NCBI RefSeq assembly: GCF_009914755.1
Contig: NC_060947.1
Length of the DNA: 64,000 nt
From: the human T2T-CHM13v2.0 reference genome, Homo sapiens
Direction: 5' to 3' (one strand)
How positions within the stretch are numbered: position 1 is the stretch's first letter; each line of letters opens with the position of its first letter. The notes beneath the pieces are model-generated. The model saw only the letters and a list, made by a program, of their open reading frames with translations. It did not search any database and was not told where the DNA came from. Of this stretch, positions 15,520 through 30,260 are shown piece by piece. Position numbers and translations under genes: made by a program.

Positions 15520-16150
15520 CTCCCCCAGCACAACGCGAGGGTGGGCTTTGGAGCTTATGGCTTGTCAGCAAAAGAGAGCGCATGCAGGGCCTTGGCCGGT
15601 GGCAACCTGAGGGTAGCAGGTTCCCATCCCAGAATTCCCCTGGGCAGGCCAGCTTCTGAGGGAGTGTCCTGTTCCCTCCGGACTTGGCTCGATGGGGAGC
15701 CCCAGCCGAGTTACTGGCAGTCACCACCCTCCCGGGTCCCACCCACGCAGCGGCCAACGGAAAGCTCTGGCCCTCCCAGGCTGGAGTTTGTGCCAGGCAG
15801 GCTCCAGTAGCGGGGCAGGGCCCGGGTGCTTCGCTCGGCAGCCCCCACGCCCCTTCCTCCACACCCGAGGGTTGGCAGAGGTCCCCTAAGCCCTCGGCCT
15901 GTTCCGACCGCGCGCGAGTCTCCGCACCACTCGGTGCCCTTGACCGCGGACCTCGCTGCCTCTCCATTGGCCCGGCCGGTCACGTGCGCGGCCGCCGGTC
16001 CCAGCCGGCTACAGAGCCGCTGCTGTGCCCGGTCTTGCAAATCGCCGCCGTCCAGCCGCCTGCTCTGGTGCGAGTCTTCTCCGCTTTACGACTCGGACTC
16101 AGAAAAGCCGGCCTGGGCTTCGGCCACTTCCCCAGCACCCGTGTCTGCCC
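15520..16150. promoter_or_regulatory. Orphan CpG island, promoter/enhancer-like
   Basis: High GC and CpG density in non-repeat sequence; ATTGG (reverse CCAAT) at 15966-15970, CACGTG at 15981-15986, GC-rich boxes. Confidence 0.8.
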
Positions 16151-16419
16151 TTCCAATTGCCCCTTTCCTGCCTGGCACGACCTGGCCTTGCTCACTGCAC
16201 GCTTCCCTTCTAAGTGAGCCTTCTTTTTCCTTTCCCTCAGCCAGCCTTGAAGTCTCCTTCGACAGAGAGTGAGACCTGCTGTCCTCCCTGCCCTTAGTCA
16301 CTGTCCACTCAGCCTAATGCCTCTGTGGAAGAGGAGGAGCCGCCATCTCTGAACTGTTAATGGAGGTGCGGAAAGAGAGCCAAGCTAGGAAACAGGTTGA
16401 TAGACGGATCGGCCCAGTC

Positions 16420-16800
16420 AACTGTGAACACAGCTGCTGATTCATGCAATATGTGTTTACTGAGCACCTACTGGGTATCAGCAAGGTGTTAGGTGCTAGA
16501 GACGGAGCAGGGAACAAAACAGGTAAGATCCCTGCCCTTAGAGACCCACCATTCTAGAGGATAAAGCCAGACATCCCAGGTGTGGCCTTTCACAAGACCG
16601 CCCCTTAGATGCAATCAGGGGCATTCATTCATTCATTCATTCATGCAAGTGTTCTCTCACCAAGTCATTTCTGAGCTCTCCCCACCCTGGGTCCTGAATT
16701 CTGCTGGGCACTGTAAGGAGAGGAGAGAGGAGATCCATCAGCACCAGTCCTAGCCCTCAAGAAGCTCAAAGCCCAGTAGATGTGAAACCCTATAATTATA
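16420..16800 (-). mobile_element. L2 3' fragments with (CATT)n
   Basis: tttactgagcacctact...gtgttaggtgctagagac...ccctgccct; cattcattcattcatt at ~16622. Confidence 0.75.
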
Positions 16801-17047
16801 CTGGAAGCTAGTAAGGGCTGTGCCTAAGGTATTACTCTGGGCACAGAGGACAATGCAGTCTGAGCATGGCTGGGTGTTCTGCAGAGAGCAAGAGCAGAGC
16901 CACTTACTGAGAAGGGTAGGAAAGCTCAAACTTGTTTTCTGACACCACGGTTGGTATCATGTCTCCAGCCTAGGCTGGTGGCTTGACTTGCTGTCCTGTG
17001 AAAACACCAGTGTGGTTGTGACTCATTAGGCTGGGCGGGTGGCAGGA

Positions 17048-17222
17048 GGATTGCCAATTACATTTGAATTTCAGACACACACACTCACCACACACACATC
17101 ATTTTTAATGTAAGTATATTTCAAATATTACATGGGACATACTTATACAACAAAATTCATTGTTTACATGACATTCAAATGTAAGTGAGTGACCTGTATT
17201 TTTATTTTCCAATTCTGGCAAC
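17048..17222. mobile_element. Second, more degraded MER53 copy
   Basis: tttgaatttcagac...taagtatat...tgggacatacttatac...attcaaat...cctgtatttt...tctggcaac. Confidence 0.75.
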
Positions 17223-19284
17223 TTTTGAAGGTGAGGTGTGGGAATGGGCCGAGGTGAACTTGTCTAGGAAGAGCAGGGGCCCCAATGACTACAGTGCCCA
17301 GTCTGGTGCTCCCCTCAAATGAAAAGGTGTCCTGGAGCCCTGCAGCCTTGAACTGGGGTCCAGGCTATTGCTCGCTGACCCTGCTGCAGGGGTGGGCCTG
17401 CATGATAGAGGAGGGGAGCCTACAGCAGAGGAGGGGAGGAAGAGAGGAAGTAGGATGTGTCCTACCCAAGGAATAAAGGCGGGAGGCCCAGAGGCTTCTT
17501 GAAGTTGACTTCTAAAAGGGGCTTAGGACCTACCCACCAAGGACAATTCCCTGAGAGCTCAGGGAGGTTGGGGAGTTTGTCCCTCTCACCCAGCTTGGGA
17601 AGGTGGTGCCCGCCTGTCTGCTTCCCCATGGGGGTGGGCAGTGAAGTCCTTGAGTGCAAAGGGAGAGAGCCAGGAAGGGCGGAGTTCAAGCCTGGTTTGA
17701 GGTCAAGTAGGGGAGGGGAGCCTGAACTGGTACAGTCCTGAGAGCAACTTGGGGGCTCCCTGGGATCACGTGTGGCCCCAGGAACTGCTGTCAGAGGAGG
17801 CCAAGTTTCCTCTGGGTAGCACTCTTAGGATTTGTGCCTCATTACACATTCCTTTCTGTCTGAGGATACCTGGGGAAACCTAGCAGGCTTTCCCTACAAG
17901 CTCTGCCCTCGTGGGATTGTAGTGCAAACTGGGAAGCCAAGTCTGAAAGACAGTTGCCTGCACTTTTCCCATACTCAACTTGACGGTATGCCAGGCGCAA
18001 CAGCTGTCTAAACTCCCAAAATCACCAAAAGTGGAGAGAAGGGGTCATCGGGGCTCATCATTGGATGATATATGGTGGATGCAGGTTATATGTAAAATCA
18101 GAGCTTAATTTGGCCTAAAATAAATATGCTAACCACTGTAAATAGGAAGTAAACTTCAAACTAGCAATGCTTTTGTTTGCTTTTTTATAAGTTAGAGGTA
18201 TTTGGGGAAATTATTTAAAAGGTCGAGATCTCTCCTGAAACAGGCACCCCCAAGGGTGGTTGAGCCAGTGCCTTCTTTTTAGCTCCATAAACTGACTATA
18301 GGAAGAAGAGAGCTTAGGAGGCAGCCCATGGGCAGGTCCTGGCAATGAATGAAAAAAAAAAAAAAACAAAAAAAAAAAGAGGCAGCTGCTGAATATGGTT
18401 AGGGGTGATGTGGCTGTGGCTGAAGCTCACCCTCTGCAAAGCACATCTGCAAACAAGGGGTGCAGCAGGGCAAGGAGCAAACGCAGAGGGGCTGGAGTCC
18501 AGCAACCTCAGGTTGAAATCTCTGGGTCACTTAAGAGACATGTGACTTTGGGAAGATCCCTAAACATCTGTGAACTTCTGTGTCCTCCTCTCTGAAGTGG
18601 GCATCATAATCATCCTTCCCTCGAAGGGCAGTTGTGAGGATTCATCATGATATGGGAAAATAAGATAAGTTCCATGCTCGAGAAACAGGCACTCTTGGTA
18701 GGATGGGAGTAAGTAGATGGCCCTGAGACAGCCAGGTGTGGGAGTCAAGCTTGGGGTGTTTTGTTCACACAATTGCCACTCTTCACCCTTCACTGAGGCA
18801 GATTTCTCAAAAGGAGTTTCCCGATAACAGCTCCCAGAGTTGAAACAACCAAGACCCAGCCGGCATGGGCTTAACTGTGCCCCACTTCCTATCAGCCTGT
18901 GGGAGGCCGTAGATAGAGGGTACAGGATGGATGGCATGTCGGGGAGGGTAGCAGGGTTTTCTTCGGTTAATGTTTGTCCACAGAGGTTGTGCTGGCCAGC
19001 CTGTGCTGGTTAGGCTGGGCCATGCAGAAGGGCCAGGGCTGCTACTGCAATCACTGTGCGTGGGATATGTTGACCTTGAGAAAAGAAGTGAGGGGAGCAG
19101 AAGTGGTCCAGACTTGGCCCTCCCTTGTCTAGACTTCTCCCAATAGCATTCTGGAGCTCACAGCCAGCCCTTGCTGAGCTGGTGAGAAAGAGGACGAGGA
19201 TGAGGACGCAGGAAAGCAGCAAGTGTCCCAGCTCCAGCAAGACTGTGAGGAAGCATGTGGAAATGGATGTGGTCTGTCCCTCCC

Positions 19285-20062
<778 letters not shown>

Positions 20063-21072
20063 CGCTCCTAACTAAATTCTGTGCCTATGCAGGCATTCCA
20101 GAAATGGCCTTTCTTAGATCCTATTAGGATATCATTGGTTGAGAAAAATGTGCTCCATAATGGCTTCCACTGTCACCAAATTCCCCTCCAAAGAGGTAAC
20201 CACAGAAACACATGCCTGTACACTGTCATCTCTCTTGAACAGTGTCAGGTATGCAGTAGGTGCTCAATAGTTTCTGGATGAAGGAATACCGTGGACTCCA
20301 TTTAATGATCAAACGGGTTTGCCCTTAGGCCGAGAGAAGCTGGCTGTGGGGACAAAGTCCCAGGTTTTCCCAACTTTTTACAAAAAGAGTGCAAGGCAGT
20401 TTTCAGACAAATCTGACAAGTGTAAAAGCAGCCCAAGCTCAGCTTCTCTGGTCTGCCCTCTCCACCCCCCAGGCAGTTCTAGGGCACTTCTGGAAGCACC
20501 ATTGGACCCTAGAGTTCCATGAAGCCATGTGGAAACCCCTGTTGGAGGTCAGGAATCAAAGGCAAATGAGATTTTTGTGTGCTGATGATACATCACACAC
20601 AACAGCAAAGCATTGACAACCATACCTAAAGTTAACCCATAAGATTAAACAACTTTGTATTCCACCCCACAAGCATGTACTGAAAGTCATCCTACACTGT
20701 GTATTCTAATAGAGAAAGCAATTGTTATCTTGCAAGCTAGGGTAGTAAAAATGATTTGAGAGTGAGAAAATAACCTTTCGATTAAAACGATTCCATTGTT
20801 TTCAGGATTCATATTTTGCCTTCCTTGATTCCCAAAAGGAAGTGCAATACTAAAGAAGGTATTTTTATAACTGGGGGGAGAATTTTAAAAGCCAAAAAAG
20901 CATTGTCTATCTCCAATTGGACCAAATTAAAGGACTGGGCTGCCAGGGTTACTGTTTTGAAACAGACTAAACTGTACTCCAGCTCACAAACTGGTCACAG
21001 TTCCCCATGATTTTCAGGACAGACTAGACTAGCGTGGCATTCTTTCACAGCTATAATCGTCTTCTGCCTCAT

Positions 21073-21495
21073 TATTAAGGGTTGAATTTTGTTCCCCCAA
21101 AAGATGTTGAAGTCCTAACCCCAGTGTTTGTGAATGTGACCTTATTTGGAAAAAGGGTCTTTTCAGATGATCAAGTTCAGATGAAGTCACTGGGGTGAAC
21201 CCTAATCCAATATGAATGGTTTCCTCATAGAAAGAGGAAATTTGAACCCAGAGATAGACACCCACATAAGGAGACCACCATGTTAGGATAGGAGTTATAC
21301 TGACACAAGCCAGGGAACTACCAGAAACTAGGAGAGAGGCCGGGAACACATCTTAGCCTAGTGCCTTCCAAGGGAGCGTGGCCTTGCCAACATCGTGATT
21401 TCCAACTTCTAGTCTCCAGAAGAGGGCCAATTTCTGTGGCTTAAGCCACTCAGTGTGTGGTTCTTGTTATGGCAGCTCTAGCAAACTCATGTACT
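21073..21495 (+). mobile_element. MaLR solo LTR (MLT1A/B-like)
   Basis: gggttgaattttgttcccccaaaagatgttgaagtcctaacccc...ttatggcagctctagcaaact. Confidence 0.85.
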
Positions 21496-21579
21496 CACTT
21501 TCCAACCCAGTCCCTCCCACTCCCAATTCTACATTCTAACAGCTTGGGTGTCATTACGCTCACCATTTTGTGCTTTTGC

Positions 21580-21706
21580 TAGGGACGTCACATGTCCAGG
21601 TTTACAGGGACAGCCCCAGCTTATGCCTGTTGTTTCTGCATCATAGTGAATAGTGCCAGCTTTCAAAGGTCTCCTGGTTTGGACCATGTGTTCTGTGGTC
21701 ACCCTA
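21580..21706 (+). mobile_element. hAT-Blackjack MITE (MER94-like)
   Basis: tgtccaggtttacagggacagccccagcttatgcctgttgt...ggtttggac...tggtcaccct. Confidence 0.7.
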
Positions 21707-22719
21707 GCTTGTGTCTGTGCTAACTCCAGCTCAGGGTGATCCTCCTTTCGTATTCTACCTGGTCATTGATCAAAGCCCGTTCCAAACATCACTGTTGCTA
21801 TGAAACATACCCTACCTCACCCAAGATTTCATCAGTTCATCTCCTGAACTACCGTGGCAATTTGCACATCTCCAGCCTATAGCACGTATCACTATATGCC
21901 ATGTGAACTCCAATGTACCTTCTTCAGGGATGTTCCCTGGTCACTGCTCTCATAACACCCTTCATGGTCTGTAGCCCAGGCTGTGATTAGCTATTTGTGG
22001 GAGTTGGTATCCATTATGGTAATCCATTAATTGCTCCTAACTAGTGGTAGTGGGGACCATGTTTGTGTCCTGGCACACAATAAAAACTTGCCAAATTTGA
22101 ATGAAGAAACATCTTCCCTGTAAAGCTGTCATTGCCTGCCTATCTTGGCTGTGTCTTAATCCTCTCTGTGTCCCCTCTAGTGCATAATCCTGTGCCTAGA
22201 ACATCAGAGGTACTCAATCCTGGTTTATTGAGGTAATGTTTAGTTTAATTTAATTCAAGCATGTAACACACTAGCTGAACAATACTATGAGTCAAAAAAA
22301 GATACTATATTTACCTCCATCCCTGAAGGGATATCATGTGATATTGGGGGCTTCCTGAACAATAAATACAACTGGGACAATAGTGGGTCTCATAGTGACT
22401 CTTCCACCTGGATGGCAAAGTGATAATAGTCACTGTAGTTTGCTGTCCAATGATAGCTGCAGTATGGGTGGAGGTATAGGAAATGGGCCACTTCCACCTC
22501 TGATCCAGATGATTTCAAGGAAGAGTTGTTATAGAAATGCACAACTAATAACTCCTCACGTGTATTTAATCCTTGACAGTCTATGAAAGATTTACACTTA
22601 TGTGAGCTACATTAAGTCTCACAATGCCTTTATGAACTAGCTAGGGTACAGGAAAAAAGCCCTGGGAGCTACTTTTATTTAAAAAGTCAGAGAGCATGTC
22701 TTCAAAGTCATACCTTTTT

Positions 22720-22985
22720 AAAAACTTTTGGTTTGTGACTTTTTTTGACCAACATCTCCCCAGCCCTCTACACCCAGTCCCTGGTAACCACCATTCTACT
22801 CTCTGCTTCTCTGAGTTCAACTTTTTTAGATTCTACATACGAGTGAGATCATGCAGTATATGGCTCTCTGTGCCTGGCTTATTTCACGTAACATGATGTT
22901 CTGCAGGTTCATGCATGTTGTTGCAAATGACAGAATTTCCTTCCTTTTTAAGGCTGAATAGTATCCCATTGTGTATGTATGTAGT
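22720..22985 (-). mobile_element. L1MA-type 3'UTR fragment
   Basis: ccctggtaaccaccattctactctctgcttct...gtgagatcatgcagtat...aaggctgaatagtat. Confidence 0.85.
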
Positions 22986-23671
22986 TGTACCTTTTAAAGA
23001 GCAAAGTGTGCTGTCCAGGAAGGAGCTTAGTTTTACAGGTGAAAGCTGGGATTCTGGTCTCAATTCCACCACCTACCAGCACAATTACCTTGAGATACTC
23101 ACAGCCTCCCTGAGACTCAGTTTCCTCATCTGCAAAAGAGGGATGGTCACCTATGTATTTGTCTTCTAAGGCTGTTTTGTGGGCCAGATAAGAAGAGGAA
23201 TTTAGAGTGCTTGAAGACCTTGAAAGCACTAGATGTATTAGGAGTCACCCAAGGTGGCCTTCCCAATGAACCTGGAGAGAAAAGACAGAGAGAGAGAAGT
23301 GTGGTACTGGCATTAGCATAGACAGATCAATGGAATAGAATTGAGGGTCTGGAAATAAGCCCTCACATTTATGGTCAGATTTTGACAAAGGTGCCAAGAC
23401 AATTCAATGGGAGAAAAAATAGTTTTTTCAAAAACTAGTGCTGAAACAATTGGGTATCCATGTACAGAATTATGAAGTTGGACCCCTACCTCACATCATA
23501 TTAAAACATTAATTCAAAGTGGATTATAGACCTATAGGTAAGAGCTAACTAAAACTATAAAACTCCCAGAAGAAAACATAGTGGTAAATCTTCATGACTT
23601 TGGATTTAATGATGGTTTCTTAAGATATGGCACCAAAAACACAACCGATGAAATAAGAAAACAGATAAATT

Positions 23672-23980
23672 GGCTGGGTGCGGTGGCTCATGCCTGTAAT
23701 CCCAGCACTTTGGGAGGCCGAGGTGGGAGGATCAAGAGGTCAGGAGATCGAGACCATCCTGGCTAACAAGTCAAACCCCCATCTCTACTAAAAATACAAA
23801 AAAAAAAAAAAAAGAAGCTGGGCATGGTGGCGGGCAGCTGTAGTCCCAGCTACTCAGGAGGCTGGTGTGAACCCAGGAGGCGGAGCTTGCATTGAGCCGA
23901 GATCACGCCACTGCACTCCAGCCTGGGCAACACAGCAAAACTCCGTCTCAAAAAAAGAAAGAAAGAAAGAAAGAAAGAAA
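23672..23980 (+). mobile_element. AluY/Sc-like with a small right-arm deletion and (GAAA)n tail
   Basis: TSD aagaaaacagataaatt on both sides; gaggctg|gtgtgaaccc lacks the aggcaggagaat segment. Confidence 0.95.
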
Positions 23981-24134
23981 ACAGATAAATTGGACTTCCT
24001 CAAAATGAGAAACTTATATGTTTCAACAGACCCTAACTAAAAAGTGAAAATAGAATGCACAGAATGGGAGAAAATTTTTGCAAATTGTATATAGTTGATA
24101 ATGGAGTTGTATTCAAAATAGATAAAGAATTCTC

Positions 24135-24447
<313 letters not shown>

Positions 24448-24965
24448 TTAATAATAGAAAAACTAATTACCCAGTTTAAAAAAAAAAACAGGCAAAATAG
24501 TTGAGTAGACATTTCTTCAAAGATGATATACACATAAATGACCAGTAAGCAAATAAAAATATGTTCAACTTTATTACTTATTGGGATATGCAAATCAAAA
24601 CTATAATGAGGTACCATGTCACACTATAATACAAATGATGGTCAATAACAAGTGTTGGTGAGGACATGTAGACAGTGGAACCTTCATACGTTGCTGGTGG
24701 AAATGTAAAATTGTGCAGCCTCTGTGGAAAACAGTCTGGCAGTTCCTCCAAATGTTAAACATGAAGCTACGCTATGACTTAGTAATTCCACTCCTTATGA
24801 TGTACCCAAGAGAAATGAAAACATATGTCTGCACAAAAAGTTATACAGAAATGTTCATAACTGCATTATTCATAAGAGCCAAAAGGTGGAAACTACCCAA
24901 ATGTCCATCAACAGATGAATGAATAAACAAAAGATGGTAGGAAATATTCCAATGAAATATTATTC

Positions 24966-25922
24966 CACCATACTTGCTAGTTTGGAACCTATGTAACCCT
25001 ACCCTGTATGTATGGAAATGGATGGAGGAGGAACCACCTACTAGACTAGTATCGCTACCAGCAATCTGGACCAGCACAGTGGCCAAACTTAGTGTCCCTT
25101 CCAAAGGTGGAAAAGTTTGGGTAAAAATAAATGACAAATGGAGAAAAGAAGGAATAATAGCCAAGGGTAAATAAATGAGTAAGCGGGTTATAAATTGTGG
25201 GAAATCCAGTATTGCACTAACAACTCAAAGGAATATCAGAGCAAGAGACGACATCGTCTCTTAGCTCAATTATTCCAGGTGCCTGAAAGGCTAAAGCTGT
25301 ATGTTTGCTAAGACCAGTTTTGGAACCTGACAAGACTGAAAGAAATTCTACTAACCTGAGTGCCCTCACCCTGGGAGATATTCATACAATATGATGGACT
25401 GGACTACTTATTAATAATTGTGCATATTCGTTTTTTGTAAGGGATCCGTGGTCAAAAACCAGGGTATGGCTTGTAGTGTTATGATATCTATTGGTTTTCA
25501 TCCAGGATTCCTGGCTCATGACTCCCATAGCCCTTGTAATGGTCATTGATTAAAATGTTGGGTTTGTTAGGCCTCAGGAGCAGGCCTCAGGAAACAGAAT
25601 CTCTGGGACCTTCTCCTGCCCCCCTCTCACCTGCTCCAAGGCAAGACTCTAATCTTCCCTAGCCTTTCCAATTGTGTGTCTTAAGATCCTCTCCAGAGAG
25701 GGTCCTGGGGGAAGGAATGCTGACATCATGAAGCTTCCATAAAAACCAAAGGACTGGGTTCAGGGGGCTTCCAGATAGCTGAACATGTGGAGGTTCCTGA
25801 AGGGTGGTGTTCCCAGGGAGGGCATAGAAGCTCCATGTCCTTTCCCCCATACCTCACCCTATGTATCTCTTCATCTGTATCCTTTGTAATATCCTTTATA
25901 ATAAACTGGTAAACATAAAAAA
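24966..25922 (+). mobile_element. ERVL-class insert: internal fragment plus a MER21-like LTR truncated at its poly(A) site
   Basis: LTR from ~25472 (tgtagtgtt...) with the MER21-like block ggactgggttcagggggcttccagatagctgaacatgtggaggttcctg...catacctcaccctatg; AATAAA at 25900-25905; flanking gaaatattattc repeats. Confidence 0.75.
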
Positions 25923-27461
25923 GAAATATTATTCAGCCATAAAAAGGAATGAAGCAGTTATTCATGCTACAAAATGGATGAACCTCAAAAACATGATGCT
26001 AAGTGAAAGAAGCCAGACATAAAAGGCCACATATTCTATGATTTCATTTATATGAAATTTTCAGAGTATGCAAATTCATAGAGAAAGTGATTGCCAAGGG
26101 ATAGTGGAGAAGGAGAAATGGCGAACGACTGCTAATGGTTCTCGGTTTTCCTTGGGGATGATGCGATATTCTGGACATAGATAGCAGTGATGGTTGTAGA
26201 GCTCTGAATATACTAAAAACCATTTAATTGTACACTTTATGTGGGTGAATTTTATAGTGAGTAAATCATATCTCAAGCCATTAAACGAGAACATGCACAA
26301 TGTTCTATGTTGGGGGGCAGGTGTTGGGGGATGAGGGCTTGGGGGTTTGAGGGACGGTTAGCCTAAACAGGTAGGTTTCCATGTGCAGCGCTGAGAACCC
26401 AGGCTCTTAGTCTGGGCAGTTGCCAATGCTCTCACTCCCTAGCGCTTCGGCTTCGTTCCCATGAGCCCTCATGGTATGAGGAAGGGCAGGTGGGTGGTCT
26501 CCAGCTGTCACTAGAAATACTCCTGCTGGAAATGCTACATTTTTACTTCCTAGGGGCCTGACAGGGGTAGGGGTAGGGGATTGGGGAGGTGGCTGAGACT
26601 CCATTCTGTTCACAAATAGCTACCCCCGGAGGCCCTCACCTGAAGATTAATAGGGTTAACAGGCTTCCTGGGGAGTGGGGGAGTGCACTTCCCCCATCCA
26701 TTGGTCAATGACCTTTTTGAAGTGATCCCTGGAGGCTCTAACTGGAAAGGGCGTGCCTTTGTTAGACTCCATCTGAAGCATTCTGTCAAAGAACTGCACC
26801 TCAGCTGCCTACCTCCTGACGAGTGGGATCCTTAGAAGGCAGTTTCTAAGGCGATTCCATCGCGTCCTGCTCCCCTACACAGCCCCGCCTGCCTTCTCTC
26901 TGGTGTTTGCTCTCCTGAGTGGAGAGGAGGGGTCTGGGAAGATATTCTGGGAAAAGATCCCCCTCCCACCGCCTTCACAACTCTCATGGGTTTTTGGCAG
27001 TGAAACAAAGAGGGGTAGTATTTATTTTGGAAAGGACACATATTCTGGCTTCCTCATCCTTCTAGTCGCCTGGGACTTGGGCTCTTAGTTACTTCTGGCT
27101 CCCTGTGGGAGGCTTTGTTTCTGAAGCAGGACATGAGACCTCCTGTCCTGGGTGGAAGCTGACCTTGAAAGGTACAATCACGTCTGAGATGAACCACAGA
27201 GAATGTTATCAATGAGTCTGAGTTTTTGGTCCCCTAAGCTCAAGCTACTTGTGAGGGCTTAATTAATTTTTTTCAATGGTGGTAAAATAAATATGACATA
27301 AAATTTTATGATAAAATTATGATAACATGATAAAATTAACATCTTAATCATTTTTGAGCATACAGTTCAATAGTGTTAGGTACATTCACATTGTTGTGAA
27401 ACCAATCTCCAGAACTCTCTTCATTCTGCAAAACTGAAACGCTATACCCACTAAACAATAA

Positions 27462-27908
<447 letters not shown>

Positions 27909-28316
27909 TGATGTCCCCAAGGTTTATCTATGTTGTAGCATGTGTCAGAATTTTCCTCCTTTTTAAGACTAATATTCCATTGTATGTATATGCCAAATTT
28001 TGTTTATCTATCTCTCTCCTTTGATCATCAATGAACACTTGCATTGCCTCCAGCTTTTGGCTATCCTGAATGATGCTGCTATGAACATGGGTGTACAAAC
28101 ATCTCTTTATGACCCTGCTTTCTATTCTGGTGGGTATATACCCAAAAGGGGAATTGCTGGATCCTATGGTAATTCTGTATTTAATATTTTGAGGAGCCAT
28201 CATACTGTGTTCCACAGCAGATGCACCACTTTACATTACCACCAGCAATGCACGAGGCTTCCAATTTCTCCACATGCTCATAAATATTTGCTATTTTCTG
28301 TGGGGTTTTACTTGTA

Positions 28317-28613
28317 TTTTTTTTTTTTTTTTGACAAAGTCATGCTTTGTTGTCTAGGCTGGAGTGCAGTGGTGCCATCATGGCTCACTGCAGCCTTGAC
28401 CTCTCAGTTTCAAACAGTCCTCTAGCCTCAACCTCCTGTGTAGCTAGGACTACAGGCATGTACCACCACACCTGGCTAATTTTTTGAATATTTTGTAGAG
28501 ACAGGGGTTTCTTTATGTTGCCCAGGCTGGTCTTGAACTCCTGGGCCCAAGCAATTCTCCCGGCTTGGCCTCCCAAAATGCTGGGTTTACAGGTATGAGC
28601 CATCACACCTGGC
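28317..28613 (-). mobile_element. AluJ-like
   Basis: catggctcactgcagccttgacctc and gaactcctgggcccaagcaattctcc J-type features. Confidence 0.9.
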
Positions 28614-28716
28614 TTGTGTTTTTTAAAAATAGTAGCTATCCTAATGGGTGTGAGCTGATATCTCATTGCGGTTTTGATTTGCATTTCCCTATTTTAATGG
28701 AGTTTTTTGTTGTTGA

Positions 28717-29026
<310 letters not shown>

Positions 29027-29910
29027 GGGGTTCTTTATATATTCTGGATATTAATCCTTCATCAGATATGTGATTTGCAAATATTTTCTTACATTCTTTA
29101 GGTTGCATTTTCACTCTTTTGTTTCTTTTGACGCACAGAAGTTTTAAATTTTGATGTACTTCATTTATCTACTTTACATTTGTTGCTGTGCTTTTGGTGT
29201 CATAGCTAAAAAATGATTGCCAAATCCTGTCAAGAAGCTTTCCCCTGTGTTTTCTGCTGAAAGTTTTATAGTTTTAGCTCTTACATTTGGATCTTTCATC
29301 CATTTCCAGTTAATTTTTGTATATGGTGTATGGTTAGGGTCTAACTTCATTCTTTTGCATGTGGATATCTGGTTTTCCCAACAGCATTTGTTGAAAAGAT
29401 GCCCTCTCCCCATTGAATGGTCTTGGCACCTTTGTCTGAAAATCATTTGACCATATATTTTAAGGTTTCTGTCTGGTCTCTTTATTCTATCCCATTGGTA
29501 TAAATGTCTGTCTTTATGCCAGTATCACACTATTTTGATTACTATAGGTTTGTAAGGTTTTGAAATCAGGAAATGTGAGATCTCCAACTTCATTCTTCTT
29601 TTTCAAGATTGTTTTGGCTATTTGGGGCCCCTTGATTTTCATGTGAATTTTATGATGTATTTTTCTAGTCTAAAAATAAAATATCTCTGCTGTTGAGATT
29701 TTGATAGCGACTACATTGAATTTGTGGATCACTTTGGAATGTATTTACATGTTAACAATATTGAGTCTTCTAATCCCTGAACACAGCTGTCTTTCCATTT
29801 ATTTGTGTCTAATTTATTTTAGCAATATTTTGCAGTTTTCATTGTAAAAGTCTTTTGCCTCCTTGGTTAAGTTTATTCCTATTTTATTCATTTTAATTAA
29901 TCTTAAATAA

Positions 29911-30260
<350 letters not shown>

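Noticed and set aside
15124-16301. ORFs of 228, 177, 163 and 148 aa in the upstream CpG island
   Set aside because: Mostly non-ATG starts, overlapping on both strands, no recognisable domain; explained by GC content. No processed-pseudogene hallmarks (poly(A), TSD) seen
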